NCBI GenBank assembly: GCA_051530055.1
Contig: CM121342.1
Location: 1,274,797 to 1,338,796 of the forward strand
Source: Neoechinorhynchus agilis
Taxonomy: Eukaryota > Animalia > Acanthocephala
Direction: 5' to 3'
DNA length: 64,000 bases
The stretch's first letter is position 1. Each line of letters begins with the position of its first letter. Shown here piece by piece: positions 1-13,700 of this stretch. The position numbers and the translations under genes are program-made. The notes beneath the pieces are model-generated. The model saw nothing but the letters and a program-made list of their open reading frames with translations, was not told where the DNA came from and searched no databases.

Positions 1-499
1 TGAGAGTGGAAAATACAAGCCACCGGATTAAGCACCTCGGGTATCAAGATAATCTTGTAAGCGTTGGGTGGGTTATTCTATCTTCGTAGCTGATAAACCT
101 TCAGTCGTAAGGTTGTTGTTTTCCGCACTTTCATCCGAATCGATAAGCATTTGGACGTTTAAGCGGTGGGGCAGAAAGAGCGGAGATGGAACGCTCCAGG
201 AAAATGTTTAAAAGAATGAGTTAGAGAACAGCACATTGTGGGACATCGTTGTTGATAGCTGGGGTGTTCGAAGCAATGCTCCCTATTTCTATAATTTGTA
301 ATTCTCAATGGCGAATTGTAACACACTCGAGATTTCTTGAACTCTTCATTGCGAATTTTCAAGGCCTCAGCCTCTTTGTCAAGCATCTAAAAATGGATGT
401 GGTGGGGGTTCGGGTGAGCGGGACTGTCGACTCCCGAGGTGATGTTTCACCCCCGACGCAACAGACCCTTGGAGATTCCTCGTCGTAAGTGTTCCCTTC

Positions 500-865
500 C
501 ACCGTGTCCTCCGTGCCAATGAGCGAAGCCTCTTTTATCAACCTTTGTTCAATCACGCTATCAACAACGACCACAGAATCGATTTTGAAAACGCGTGTAC
601 AAGTTGCTTGACTCTTTTTCGCATTCCCTGTTTTGTTTGTCCAACATAGACCTGGTCACAATCCTTACAGGGTATCGAATATACCACGCATCAATTTTCC
701 ATAAGCTGTGATGGTTTCACTTTCAATATCCCGCTATGCCAAGAAATTGTTCAACCTAGGATGTCAAAGATGGAAACAGCCGACGCATGATAATCGATTG
801 TTCAATTGGTCGAGTATACTCGAGCATCATACGTTAAGGATAACCCGCCATTCGTTTAAGCAATC
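500..865 (-). mobile_element. Penelope-like element remnant: RT thumb to GIY-YIG endonuclease, internally deleted
   Basis: The minus strand encodes CVVYSIPCKDCDQVYVGQTKQGMRKRVKQ (motif starts at 690) and RLIKEASLI, with a LKRMAGYP thumb-like motif upstream. These match the PLE GIY-YIG signatures VVYxIPCxDCxxxYIGQT and RxxxEAxxI. Confidence 0.85.
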
Positions 866-1172
866 GGAAAATACGATTCTCGCAACTTCCTTTGGACGGC
901 AGATTCACGGCGCTATTTACGAATGTACCGATAAAGGAAACAACTATCTTGGCCGTGGATTTACTTTCGAAACGATGTTTGGATCCCAAGCTGGATATGG
1001 ATGATTGGTTAGTACTGATTGATCATTGCACGACGTGTTCTCATTCGAAGGAAAATTCTACGACTAGACGAACGGATTTGTAATGGGATCACCGTTAGGA
1101 CCAGCGTTGGCCAACATCTATATGATCGAATATGAGAAGCAACTGAGGTTGAAGTTTCCTGTAATTCTCTAC
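866..1172 (+). mobile_element. Penelope-like RT fragment (motifs A-B), frameshifted
   Basis: TALFTNVPIKETTILAVDLL (motif A region) and MGSPLGPALANIYMIEYEK from 1083 (motif B). It ends just before the expected YVDD. Confidence 0.85.
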
Positions 1173-1174
1173 TG

Positions 1175-1990
1175 TACCGGTCAAGTCGACATGGATGCGT
1201 TTACAGAGTCTAATCAAAGGCACCTCCTGAATCTTGGGCCGTAATGCTTGACATTTTCCATACGTCCTAACATCATGGTCGATGTCTTTATCCATCTACG
1301 GCCCTTTTGAAACCACAATCCGTTGCAACCACATCAAAATACGGTTTTCCACTGACACCTCTAACCTTCGGTAGAAATATGGCCATAATTCTTTACCCAA
1401 CGTGCTTGGCCATCCTGATATGACGAATTCTTTTATCCCACTCAGCTCCTTGTCTTTTTTAAAAGTTAGTACTAAAGCCTCAGTGGTAATGTTAAAACGC
1501 TCTTTCTGCTCCTCCTGGATCACATGGATAAGGTCTTCTGATTGTTCGTTACTCGATGCCTTCTAATCGGCCATTCTCGATAATGTATCTGATACGTTGT
1601 TATCGTATCCCCGTATGTGGATAATTCGATTCTGCTGTTCGTCATTTTGGAAAGATCGCGATCATTCGCGAAGATGAACTGCAACGGTTTGTGATCGGTC
1701 TTCAGAGTGGACAGCCTGCCGAACAAATATTGACGGAAACGCTCCGCTTCAAATACTATTGCTAGTGCTTAGCGTTCAATTGGTGCATGATGCTCTCAGA
1801 CTCTTTTAACAGCCTTGACGCATCTTCAAACATCAGTACCAACGGTAAGTCCGTAGAATATGGGATCAATAGTTCTAGATTCTCGTTCACTCTTACTATC
1901 TTGGCCGGAATATCAAGACCCATCTCGATGATCCATGGGAGCCCGAACAATGGCATATCTATTCCCGGTACCCTTGTTACTCGCATTCGT
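1175..1990 (-). mobile_element. Ty3/Gypsy LTR retrotransposon pol remnant (protease end, RNase H, integrase zinc finger); RT deleted
   Basis: PLFGLPWII (protease end), LLIPYSTDLPLVL..DAS and FGRLSTLKTDHKPL (RNase H), GWP..PYFYRRLEVSVENRILMW, MDKDI....C..CQ and RIHVDL (integrase). Multiple stops and frameshifts. Confidence 0.85.
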
Positions 1991-1994
1991 CGTG

Positions 1995-4027
1995 TGACTG
2001 TGACTATGCCTGTCTATATTAGACAAATGCCACCATCCCCTCCGAACTCCTGATAAAAGCTGGTTGCTTCATTTTGCATTCGTTAAGTTGTAATCGACGA
2101 TGTAAGAGCGCGAGTCAGGTCGGAGCCGGAGCAACTCAAGGGCAATGATTGCGTTTTCTACTCTGTACCTGCAAGGACTGTGACTATGTCGATATTGGAC
2201 AAATGCCACAATCCCCTCCGAACTCCTGATAAAAGCTGGTAGCTTCATTTTGCATTCGTTAAGTTGTAATCGACGATGTGAGAGAGCATGTCAAGTCTTA
2301 GCCGGAGCAACTCAAGGGAAATTATTGCGTGGTCTACTCAGTATCCTGCAAGGACTGTGACCATGTCAACATTGGACAAATGCCACAATCCCCGCCGAAC
2401 TCCTGATAAAAGCTGGTCGCTTCATTCTGCACTCGTTAGGTTGTAATCGACGATGTGAGATAGCATGTCAAGTCGATGCCGGAGCAACTCAAGGGCAATT
2501 ATTGCGTGGTCTACTCAGTATCCTGCAAGGACTGTGACCATGTCAACATTGGACAAATGCCACAATCCCCGCCGAACTCCTGATAAAAGCTGGTCGCTTC
2601 ATTCTGCACTCGTTAGAATCGACGATGTGAGAAGCATGTCAAGTCGATGCCGGAGCAACTCAAGGGAATATTGCGTGGTCTACTCAGTATCCTGCAAGGA
2701 CTGTGACCATGTCAATTGGACAAATGCCACAATCCCCGCCGAACTCCTGATAAAAGCTGGTCGCTTCATTCTGCACTCGTAGGTTGTAATCGACGATGTG
2801 AGAAGCATGTCAAGTCGAGCCGGCAACTCAAGGGCAATATTGCGTTTCTCTCAGTATCCTGCAAGGACTGTGACATGTCAATTGGCAAATGCCACAACCC
2901 CGACATAAAAGCTGGTCGTTCATTCTGCCTGTGTGGTGTGGTTCAAGTCGGCCGGCAGCAAGGTGTGACATGTCAATCCCCGCCGAACTCCTGATAAAAG
3001 CTGGTCGCTTCATTCTGCACTCGTTAGGTTGTAATCGACGATGTGAGATAGCATGTCAAGTCGATGCCGGAGCAACTCAAGGGCAATAATTGCGTTGTCT
3101 ACTCAGTATCCTGCGAGGACTGTGACTATGTCGATATTGGACAAATGCCACAATCCCGGCCGAACTCCTGATAAAAGCTGGTCGCTTCATTCTGCACTCG
3201 TTAGGTTATAATCGACGATGTGCGAGAGCATGTCAAGTCGAAGCCGGAGCAACTCAAGGGCAATGATTGCGTTTTCTGCTCAGTATCCTGCAAGGATGTG
3301 ACATGTCATATTGACAATGCCACAATCCCCGATGATAAAAGCTGGTCGTTTTTGGATTGCGTTTTTGCTCAGTATCCTGCAAGGACTGTGACCATGTCTA
3401 TATTGGACAAATGCCACAATCCCCATCGGACTCCTGATAAAAGCTGGTCGTTTCATTCTGCACTCGTTAGGTTGTAATCGACGATGTGAGAGCGCGAGTC
3501 AGGTCGGGGCCGGAGCAGCAAGGATTGTGACCATGTCATTGGACAATCCACAATCCCGCCGTGCTTTATTCTTCGCTCGCTAGGTGGAATTGACGATGTG
3601 AGAGGGTGGTATATTGGACGAATCCCACAACCCCCGCCGAACTGATAAAAGCTGGTCGCTTCATTCTGCGCTCGCTAGGTGGAATTCGACGATGTGAGAG
3701 AGCATGTCAAGTCGAAGCCGAGGCAACTCAAGGGCAATGATTGCGTTTTCTGCTCAGTGTCCTGCAAGGACTGTGACCATGTCGATATTGGACAAATACC
3801 ACAATCCCCATCGGACTCCTGATAAAAGCTGGTCGCTTTATTCTTCGCTCGCTAGGTGGAATTCGACGATGTGAGAGAGCATTTCAAGTGGAAGCCGAGG
3901 CAACTCAAGGGCAATGATTGCGTTTTCTGCTCAGTACCCTGCAAGGACTGTGACCATGTCTATATTGGACAAATGCCACAATCCCTGCCGAACTCCTGAT
4001 AAAAGATGGTCGCTTCATTCTGCACTA
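1995..4027 (+). repeat. Tandem array of ~177-bp units (about 11-12 copies, some garbled) derived from a Penelope GIY-YIG N-terminus
   Basis: GATAAAAGCTGG recurs at 2052, 2228, 2405 and 2582 (period 176-177). Each unit translates in part as ...GNDCV(F/V)YSVSCKDCDHVYIGQ. Confidence 0.9.
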
Positions 4028-4734
4028 AGCGGCTATTAAATAATATTATCAAAAACGAAAAAATCTTAAATAGATAAAGCCAACTATACTCGCATTGCTA
4101 AGATTTTATCTTTAAAATGTTGCTAATTGACGAAGTTAAAACACGAATGTAACCGCTTCATCGTTTTTCTAAAAGAATGTATTTAAAATCTAAAAAATTT
4201 TTTAACGTAATTACGTAAAAACTATTTATTTTAAATAAATACAAATTTTTTTTTGTTTGCCGTGACGGTTCATTAAAAAAATTAGCCAAAGAAAATACTC
4301 AGATAGGACATCAACTTATTAATTGTGTAATGCAGTGCTAAATGCGAACCGTTATTTTTTCGCATATTAAAACCTATTATAAAACGATTATTCGGCAAAA
4401 TTAGATTATTTTTGCGTTTCAATATTCTAGATTTGCATAATTAAAAGTACAAGTGGAACAAATGTTCTTTAAAAATATTTCAACAGCTGCGCCGTGATTT
4501 TATTTTGGATAGAATTATAAGACATTGTGACATTTTTGAAAATCGCATATTTATCAATCAGTAAAATAATTTTTTACACTTTTTACATTAAAAATTTAAA
4601 AAGCTTAACATGTTTTTTGTGCCGCAGCAGTAAATAAAATAACAAGTTACAATAATCCTAAATGAAACTCCTTTTTTAAATGATCTCCGCAACTAAGATG
4701 CACATTCCAATTATCTTCTTCACAGTAATTATCT

Positions 4735-7700
4735 TCAGCACTCATTGTAAAATGTACGATTAGATCGGATTCTATACTCTCGTCGTAAAAATAAATTTAA
4801 ACAATTAAAACTACCTGCTGACAAAATCTCGTGTTGCAGTGTTGGTTTCTTCGTGTGATATAAAGGCAGAACAATACGTCGATAGGTTGCTTGTAGCTTT
4901 TTATCGATCGAAAAAAGACATAATTGTGGCACCTTAAAAGAACCCAGAATGTCATTTTCCTCCACTTTAAAATCTGAATTCATCTTCGCATTGTGTAATA
5001 GTATTCCGTCGATTAAAACTCCTAAAAGTAAACATTGAAGTTAAGGTAAGTACACAATCAATGTTATTTGCCTTGTTGAACTCTAGATAAAATATAATCA
5101 ACTTCTGATTTGTCCGCATTTGAAATGTCGACCCAATCGATCGCAATTGCATCCATCGTATCAGTACCAATCTCAGTGATGCATTCCTTCGCCGTAGTTA
5201 TCAGATCAACTGTTTCTTTGTCTTTATTAGGTAATGCGTCCTGCAATATTTCACTGGCATAAAGCATAAGTTCGGATTCGGTTTGTTTGAACATTTGGGC
5301 AACTGTATCAACTTTCCAATGAAGCTTAGCGTTCAGATTCTCCAATTGTGTGCGGAAACAAAAAGTAAGTTGATAATTCGAGGATTTTAGTTGTGATAAG
5401 AATAGCTGAGGGCGTATGATCCTCTGGAGATTTAGCATGTATATTCCACGAGCTGATAAAGAATAACGAAGATAGGAGATTCGTTTTTCGATGTCTTCAC
5501 AAAATTCAGATATTGACGTTTCATGGCTCATCTTTAAATTATTTAGCCATTTATGTGGAACTCTATCATTTTTAACGTCGTGTATAAGCGCCTTCGCGCT
5601 TTTATTAATTTTATATTTTCCCTAAATTGAAATGGTTAAACTATTGAGCAAAAGTCTAAAATTTATCCTTCCCTGTACATATATGACTGTTTTATTTTAA
5701 GAATTTAGAATAAAAATTCGTATGAATTTAACACAAATTAAAAGAAACTTAAGGTTATGAATTTAAATCATTGAAAAGTTCGATGTATTTAAGAGACGAT
5801 TCAAAGATTACCTTCAATTTGAAAATAACGTCTTCGGTTTCTTTTATACATCCGAAAATAATCCTCAACAGTAATTCGCACTCATCTACGAAGACGCTCC
5901 TCGTTGGTCGCTTTTCGACATCATTAAAAGTGATTTGAAGCGATGGAGGTATAGTGTTTTTTAATTTTTGCAATAATGCCATAATCGTCGTTAAGATGTC
6001 ACTTTTATCAACTAACGTACTAAATGATTTTTCTGCACTACGCGATGGCTGCTAAAATTAACTCAATAATGTTTTGTAAAAATGAAAATACTTTTACCTC
6101 AGCTTCAGGTTTAGAGTTTCCTAAAGTCAACTCGCGTTGATATTTCTTAACTTCATTTCGAATTTTCAATGGTATAAATAACTTAATATGTTTCCTATTT
6201 TCTCGATAATATTGCAATCCACTTAATGAGCTTGTTCCTGGCCTAATGTTAGACATGGATAAATCCGATATTGTCCGTTGGATATTTTTAAGAATAGATT
6301 CAAGAACATAAGAGTTCGGGCGTTGTTGTGATTGTAAGATCACTCGCGTATTAGTGTTTCGAATAAGCTCAACAATCATATCCTTGAAATTATTGCAATC
6401 GATGCATTCAATCCACATTAAATACTGATCGATGGAACCATAGACTTTAAAGAAATCACAATGTAGAATACGACGACAAAGCTCAACGTTCATGAAAAAT
6501 GAAACCAATGCAAATTTTGATAGATCATTGCAAGGCTAAAATAAATTTTTATTTAGATCCCTTGCAAGTAAATTAATTTGACCTTTAGAACGATTCGTTT
6601 GAACAATCCATTTCTTTCCAGGAAATGCATAATGCACTCTTCATCTATAGAAAAATGTTCATACTTGACGATTACTCGATTTACTGGAATAAACGGCGAT
6701 AAATTCTGCTCGTTAGTGAACAATTTTATCTTAAACCATTTAGGAAAATTTTTAGTGAATATAAATTGATTTAAGGATTCAGTCATCATATAAATTTGAG
6801 CATTGTTGCTAAAACCAATAAATCCGAGCTGGCAGTGATTTTCTAACGCGTATTCTATTGCATATAGCAATGTTTTGAAATCATTTCTTTCCAGAATAAT
6901 TTTCAGCTTTTTTTGACGATCACCGGTCCCAACTTTTCCACCAAAATACCAAAGTTCCGCGCCAAATGGGACTTCAAGTAGATTTGTACAAATATTCTCA
7001 TATTCTCCATTTGCACCAACATGAAGTACCAAAATGTTTTCGCCTGATAAAGTTTTGAACAACGGATCTCTTAGGACACTTCTATCCGTTTCCTGAATTA
7101 TTATTTCCAATGCAGAATTCTCTACATCGTTCAACCTAAGATTATCAATGCTTTTCGTTTTGAAAAAATCCCTTATGCATTTTTCAATGCTTTGGTGAAT
7201 AGTGTCCGGTTGAATAGCTCGTAAAATACATAATTTTTGGAGGACATTAATTTCCTTATACATTCCTGGAAGCTCACAATATGCAGGTTCCTATAATGTC
7301 AGTAGGCTTATTGTTCAAAAAACATAGAGCACTTACGTTTGCCTCAATAACTGATGTCCAATCATCGGGATTTTTTAAAATGGCATTGACTATCGGCTTC
7401 AATCCAGGCAACGTTGCTACTTTCCACAACTCAATCTGAATATTGCTTGGAATATTTTCCACCATTTTCACTGCCTCTTCAGTTTCTATTGCTTTTCCAT
7501 CAAGAATGTAATTTAGGTATAGACCGCAGTTTTCTGATACGTGATTAAAATCGAGAACAGTCTTCATCAGAATTAGACCGAATCGTATCTTTTTGAGATG
7601 GGGTTAGTTCAGGTTTATGCTTTTATGAAAGGGCTAATGCTAGATGAACATTTTCAGTCATTTACTTCTCACGTGAATTTGGAGTATTGTGGATGTCAAT

Positions 7701-10700
7701 GGTAATTTTACATTTTTTGTGAAAAGATTAGAATCAAATTTTCAGCTTTTTTTTGCATTTTCTCCTACAAAGTTTACTGAAGATTATAATCAGACATCGT
7801 ACTCTGTAATCGATGTTATTTAACTCGCACCATTTATGCCTAATATAATGACAAAAATATTGGTGGAATTTTTCCTCATCGTGTTTTTCTTAATATTTCA
7901 TTAGTATGAAGATCTTACCTGATGATGAAGTTTCATTTGTTCGCCATAAAATTCAAACATTCTTAAGCAAAGCATTAGCTGATGATTCCGCAAAATGCTA
8001 TCTTGTTGACACCTGGCATTATTCTTCATCCGCAAAACAGCTTTATGCAAAGGCAAAAGGTGATCATTGATTCTTAATTTCAAGCAAGGATATTGGGTTT
8101 TGAATTCATCAAGACATGAAAGTGATGCAAGAATAAAATCAGTAAATGGCGCATAACTCGTGATCGACTTGTTGATTTTTCCCAAGTATTGAATGGCTAT
8201 ATTCTATAAAGAAATGATTTCCTTTTTTTCGAAAAAAAAGAACTTACAGATTTACTTTCTAACTGACAAAGGTAGGCAAACTTTTCTTGTAAAAAAGTAG
8301 GAAATTTTTCGTCGCTATATTCAGAAATTAATTGATCCATTTCTTCAATTTCCATTCGGAGTTCCCTGGAAAAAATTTCATAATGAAAATCCTTTTATTT
8401 AGACTAACCGATTAAAATTTATAATATCTCTAACGGTATTATTTCGCTCTTTTAGAAGATCTGAATTGAGCGTTTTAATGGTACAATCTTCTAAACAGGA
8501 TGCAATATTTGAAGGGCTCGTAGTGACATTAATCATAGTATACGACTGCGCGAAGCAAACATCAAGGTTATGTGGAGAATCTTCAACCAATAAAATTATT
8601 TTCTTTATTTGGGTATCTTTTTGGCTGCTACTAAGATTAAATGGGTCCAAATCTTTTAACTCGTGTAAAACATCGTTTGCCATTTGAGTGCTTTCGATTT
8701 CTAGACAAACAATTTCATCTTTAATCGAAGCGTTAAATTGCTCTTTTGTTGGAATGAAACAAAGTCGTTGGACGCTTGCATCCGGAAATACTTGCTTTAT
8801 CAAATCAACATAAAGTCGTTCGCAGTCAAACACGACAGAGACCGAGGCATGCCTAATCAATGTAATTTTTAGTACAGACAAATAAAAAAATACATACTGA
8901 ATTATAAACATATCCTGACATTGCCTTGGGTGAGCGATCAAACCGATGGCACTGTTTCCACTCTGATTTCGGATAAAATCAATAAAGTCAAAATTAATTT
9001 GGAATAGTTCGTAGGCGTCCTTTTTCCATTTATTGATAAATTTCTGAAACAAAGCTTATTTGAAAAAGAAACCAAGAAAACAAACCTCGCGCTCTGATTC
9101 GTCAAAATTAGCCAAAAGTCCATTCAAAAGTCCACAGAAAATACATTTCAACATTTCTTCTTTCAGATTGCCTATTGCAAATCGATCACGAATTTGTTTA
9201 TATTCTTCTAAAATATCCATCGCGTTGCTGTAATTGTCAAGTATATCCTTTAACTCTGACATCTGCATAAAATTTTAGAATATAATTAAAGCCTAGAAAA
9301 ATTACCTTCTTTGTCGAATTTTGTTCAATCTTCTCCAAATGCGCAATATATCTCTCGTGATTATCAATATCAGTTAAAATCATGGAATAAACTCTATTAT
9401 CGTGCAATTTTTGTAGGTTGGGCTCACAAATTTTTTTTAAATATTCCTGTTGTCGACGTTGTAGTGAGCTTTTCTTGACAATTCGATTCTTATGTTCAAT
9501 CAGCAAGACGAGCCAATTAAATAAAATTTGAAGAGGCGATGCTTCTGCAACGTCATTTATCAATAAATTTGCCTCTTCTATTTTGACACTGAAGTAATTT
9601 AACTTTTCGAGGGACATTTCGGCCTATATCTCGGGATAGTTTCTAGTTGCACCGAAAATTATTTACCTCCCAGAATTCTTTTAACATGTATTCCAAAGCG
9701 GTATTAGTTAGATAATCTTTAAAAGCAGCAACGTAATTTATCTTCCTTCCTTGCTTGTATTTTGAAGATATGAATATGTCGAAAAATTCGCAGAGTATTG
9801 AAATACGTAGGTCTTCTACTTGATATTTGCCTTCTTCAAATCGTTTAATAAGCTCCTTTAAAACAGGGTGTAAATATATGAAAAATATCTAGATTTTGCA
9901 AAAGTATTTGAGGATAATAATTGTAAATATGACTTCGAAATTTTTAATCACAGCATTCGCATTTTAGCAAGTACCTTGATATTTAGTTCAGCCATAAATT
10001 TACAGCCCCGAGGCTAGCTTAGGAAGCAAAATAACGGCTACCGTCATAATTGTGTTAGCAGGGAACCTTGTTTTTTAGACTGGTGATAAAATCTTTGTGT
10101 GAGTACCTATTGATCCGTTAAAAGGCCACACTTAGACACAGAATACATGTAACCGGCTAGCCAGACTTCAAAGGGGGAAAAATTAAATAATTGGCCCAAA
10201 ATTAAGAAATTAAAAAACTGGCCGAGTTTGTACATTCCGTAGTTGTGCCCACCACGATCGCCGGTTACTCACAACCAAATGATAAGAAATGCTTCGATGA
10301 ATGGAGGAGGAAACTTACTGGTGAGTCCAATCTACCGGATGTATCTGAGGATCCGGAGGGAGTCGTACAAACTCATTACCGTATGGTTCAGAGTATTACG
10401 TGATTTTATACGCTTCCCTGATCCAGATCAGTTTGCTGTGTCCAAGCAATAAAATTATCAGCCATGTTTAATTGACGATGATGCCTTCTCTGGGACGCCA
10501 GGTTCGTGGACACGATCGCAGCAAGCAACATAAAATTCGCCACCATTAAACCCGCGGGGAGCAGCAACTGCCGCTGCGAAACTTAAAAAGATTAAATACA
10601 GGGATCTGAATCGAAATCATTATTTCGCCCCCTTTGGCGTCGAGACACTCGGGTCGTTTGGTACGGCGGTGCAGGACCTGGTCAAGCAATTGTCTAAGAG

Positions 10701-13700
10701 ATTGAGACGAATCACTGGCGATCAGAGGGTAGGAGCATTCCTCCTACAAAACATTAGTCTGGCTGTGCAACGAGGGAACGCTGCATCCGTCCATTCAACC
10801 GTTACAAAAGGACGGCAACTGAGTGGTCCAGAGCGGTAGTGTGAATGATTTCATGACATTTATATGAACTGGTTAGCCACACTTCAAAAGACTTACTGAT
10901 ATGTTGATTAGCTCTCGTAATTGTAAGAATTTAGTTTGACAATCGCTGATCAAAACTTCCTCTTCACTGATTTTTTTGGAAATAACCTCCAAATCAGAAT
11001 AAATATCGTCGATTTCGTTCGAAAGTGCAAGCATTTCCTAAAAGTACAGTTTCGCTTAAGAGTTTTTCATGGAAAGAACAAACCTTTTCAACCTGTATGC
11101 GAGATTTGACTAAATCTTCTATTTCACTGCGCGAATGCCCAATACGCTCAAAATTTACTCGCGTAGTCTGAATCAATGATTCCATCTTTTGTTTAGCTTC
11201 ATTAAGTGTTTGTTTCATCCATTTTAGCCGATCAATTATTACTTTCTCCACTGTCTCAAAAGTGTTATAACTAAAAATATTAGTCAAAAAATCGATGAAG
11301 ATTTATCATGAATATACATCAAAGGATCGAATAAAGCCTTTGTACATTCAAGAATATCGCGAATGTATTTTGAAACTGGTTTTGATCCACCTCGATCGAC
11401 GACTGTTTCAATGCATCCGGCAATAAATTCTATGTAAGATTGGTCCATTTGCCATTGATGGGAGGCAAGAGAAGTTTTAATGTACAATTCAACTTCATCT
11501 TTTTTCCAGTCCTGTCTTATTTTCTTCTATTAAATATATAATAATCCAAAAAACTTACATCGAAGTCAACTCTTTCCAAACAACGATAAGTTGGGAATTC
11601 TTGAAAAATATTGTTTATTTCGAAACAATCAAGTATTATGCATATTTTTATATTTTTAAAGACAAAATTATTAAGCAGAATAAAATCTTCGAGCCAATGC
11701 GTCGTTGTTTCTCGTGTTCGGAGGTATAAACTGAAAATATCGAAAGTAAAATTAATACCGTAGGAACTTACGATTTTAACATGAGCTTCGGATCGTTGAG
11801 CTCTTTGGAAAAATTCGCATCAAGAAATTCTCTATTTGTTCCTTTGGTCAGTAAATTTATCAAAAGTTCTTTAAAGGCAAATCTTGTGTTCTGTTGAACG
11901 TTTATATTTATTTGAAGGCAAATAAATTTCATTTACTTTGTTAAATTTACAGAAAAGCAAAATTGTGCTTTTAGTTGAGGCTGATACTCGACAATGTTCA
12001 AAAATGCGCCGAAGGCAATCTTTTGTGTCTATTAACTATTAAACAAATGCTTTTAAAATTTTAAAGTTACATTGAACATCTTACCTCAACCGCATTTACT
12101 CCGGCTACGTAACAAGCAAGGCGGAACCCATCAAAGTATTGTCCTCCTACACATCCACTCACAATAATTCCATTTGATTGCGGATGTTTCAAGAGATTTA
12201 CTAGCTGGTTGATAGCGTAAATTGTATTCCTTTGAACTTTTGTCATTAAATTTCGATTTTATTAAACAATTACTTACTCGGTTAAGATGTAATGGATTTT
12301 ATTTTTATCAGTCTTATTGTACTTTTCGATGTTATTTTGAAGATTGTCTCTCAGAAGACGTATGTCCTCGACGACGTTTATTCTCGTCTTGTCGAGGATG
12401 AACGTGTGGACTTCCTTTGATTCCTCATTCGAGGCTGTGTTGCAAAATCGTTTATTGACTTCAGAAAACTAAAAAAATATTTAAACAATGAAAAACGTTT
12501 TCTGTCACCTCATTCTTCAAAAGTAATAATGGCATATACTCTTCTGAGCTGTTAGAAAGTAATAATAGTTTAAAAATCGATCTCATGAATAAACGATATG
12601 TATCCCCGACTCCATTTACGAAGCGTATAAGATTATCATTTTTTGTTATATATGATGAAATTATGCCTTTGGCCTGTAGAATGAGATCCGATAAGCCGCG
12701 ATTGCTAAATACGAAATACGTTAAATATAATTGCGGTTGTTATACAATTTAAGAATAGGATACATCTTAATGGATTTTTTAATGAAATTTGCAATTTCCA
12801 TAATTATTCCACTGAGCGTTTACAATTTTTCCTTGCAACAACATAATACTCATAGAATGCCTGATAATTTTGAACATATAAAAATTAAGTTTTTGAATTT
12901 TATAAACGGTTACATTTTTGAAAATTCTCCAAAATCAATGAATTTAATTAAAATGAAAAATGCCACATTCTAATGATGCACTTGCTTATATCGAAATGGA
13001 GTTTTTCTAACTCTTTCTGTCAAGAATAAAGTATCGTTATAAATCATTTTTAATAAAAATTTCACGGTTAGATGGCTATAAATAGCGATTTGTTGTATAT
13101 AAAAAAATATTAAAAATGTATTTGAAAACTTGGTTTTTACTAACATTTTATATTTAAACGTTAAATGATCAACCTTTTAACCGACAATCGCTAAATTTAA
13201 CACCCAAAAACACTGCAATTTACATCCTGGAATTTTACTGAAATTTAGTGCGGAAAAAGCACTTTAAAAATTCAGCATACTGAATCACTTACGTCAAGCT
13301 TGATATGGATGACAAGCAATCCTTAACGGCAATTAGTAAGCTGCTCTCATCGAAATTTGCCATTTTAAAAATTGCAAAATGGCTTAAAAAGCGATTCGAG
13401 AATGTTTGTACTAAATATATAGACTACTTGACATTAGAACGGTAAGACAAACTTTTTTACCATTTAGATTAGTAGTTGCATTGCAGCAGAATAGATAATC
13501 TTTTGAATATGAATTGCGTGAAACGTCAATGTCGAGAACATTTCTTATTTTTTCCAAAGCACCAAATTCAGTTGATTCGCTGATATTATCGACAACAATT
13601 GCCTAAACACCATGACGATCTGTATAGAAAAAATTGTATGGATATACCTTTGACAATAAATTTGAACTTAATTTCTGAATAAATCGCATACCGACAACCG

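Noticed and set aside
159-386. Possible BEL/Pao Gag zinc-knuckle remnant (KSRVCYN...C...RCP..C...H)
   Set aside because: Too many Cys/His positions are missing to support a call.
2050-2085. CTGATAA-AAGC-TGGTC-GCTT in the 177-bp unit as a degenerate hammerhead
   Set aside because: The G8 position is A and the following GAAA is absent (CATT).
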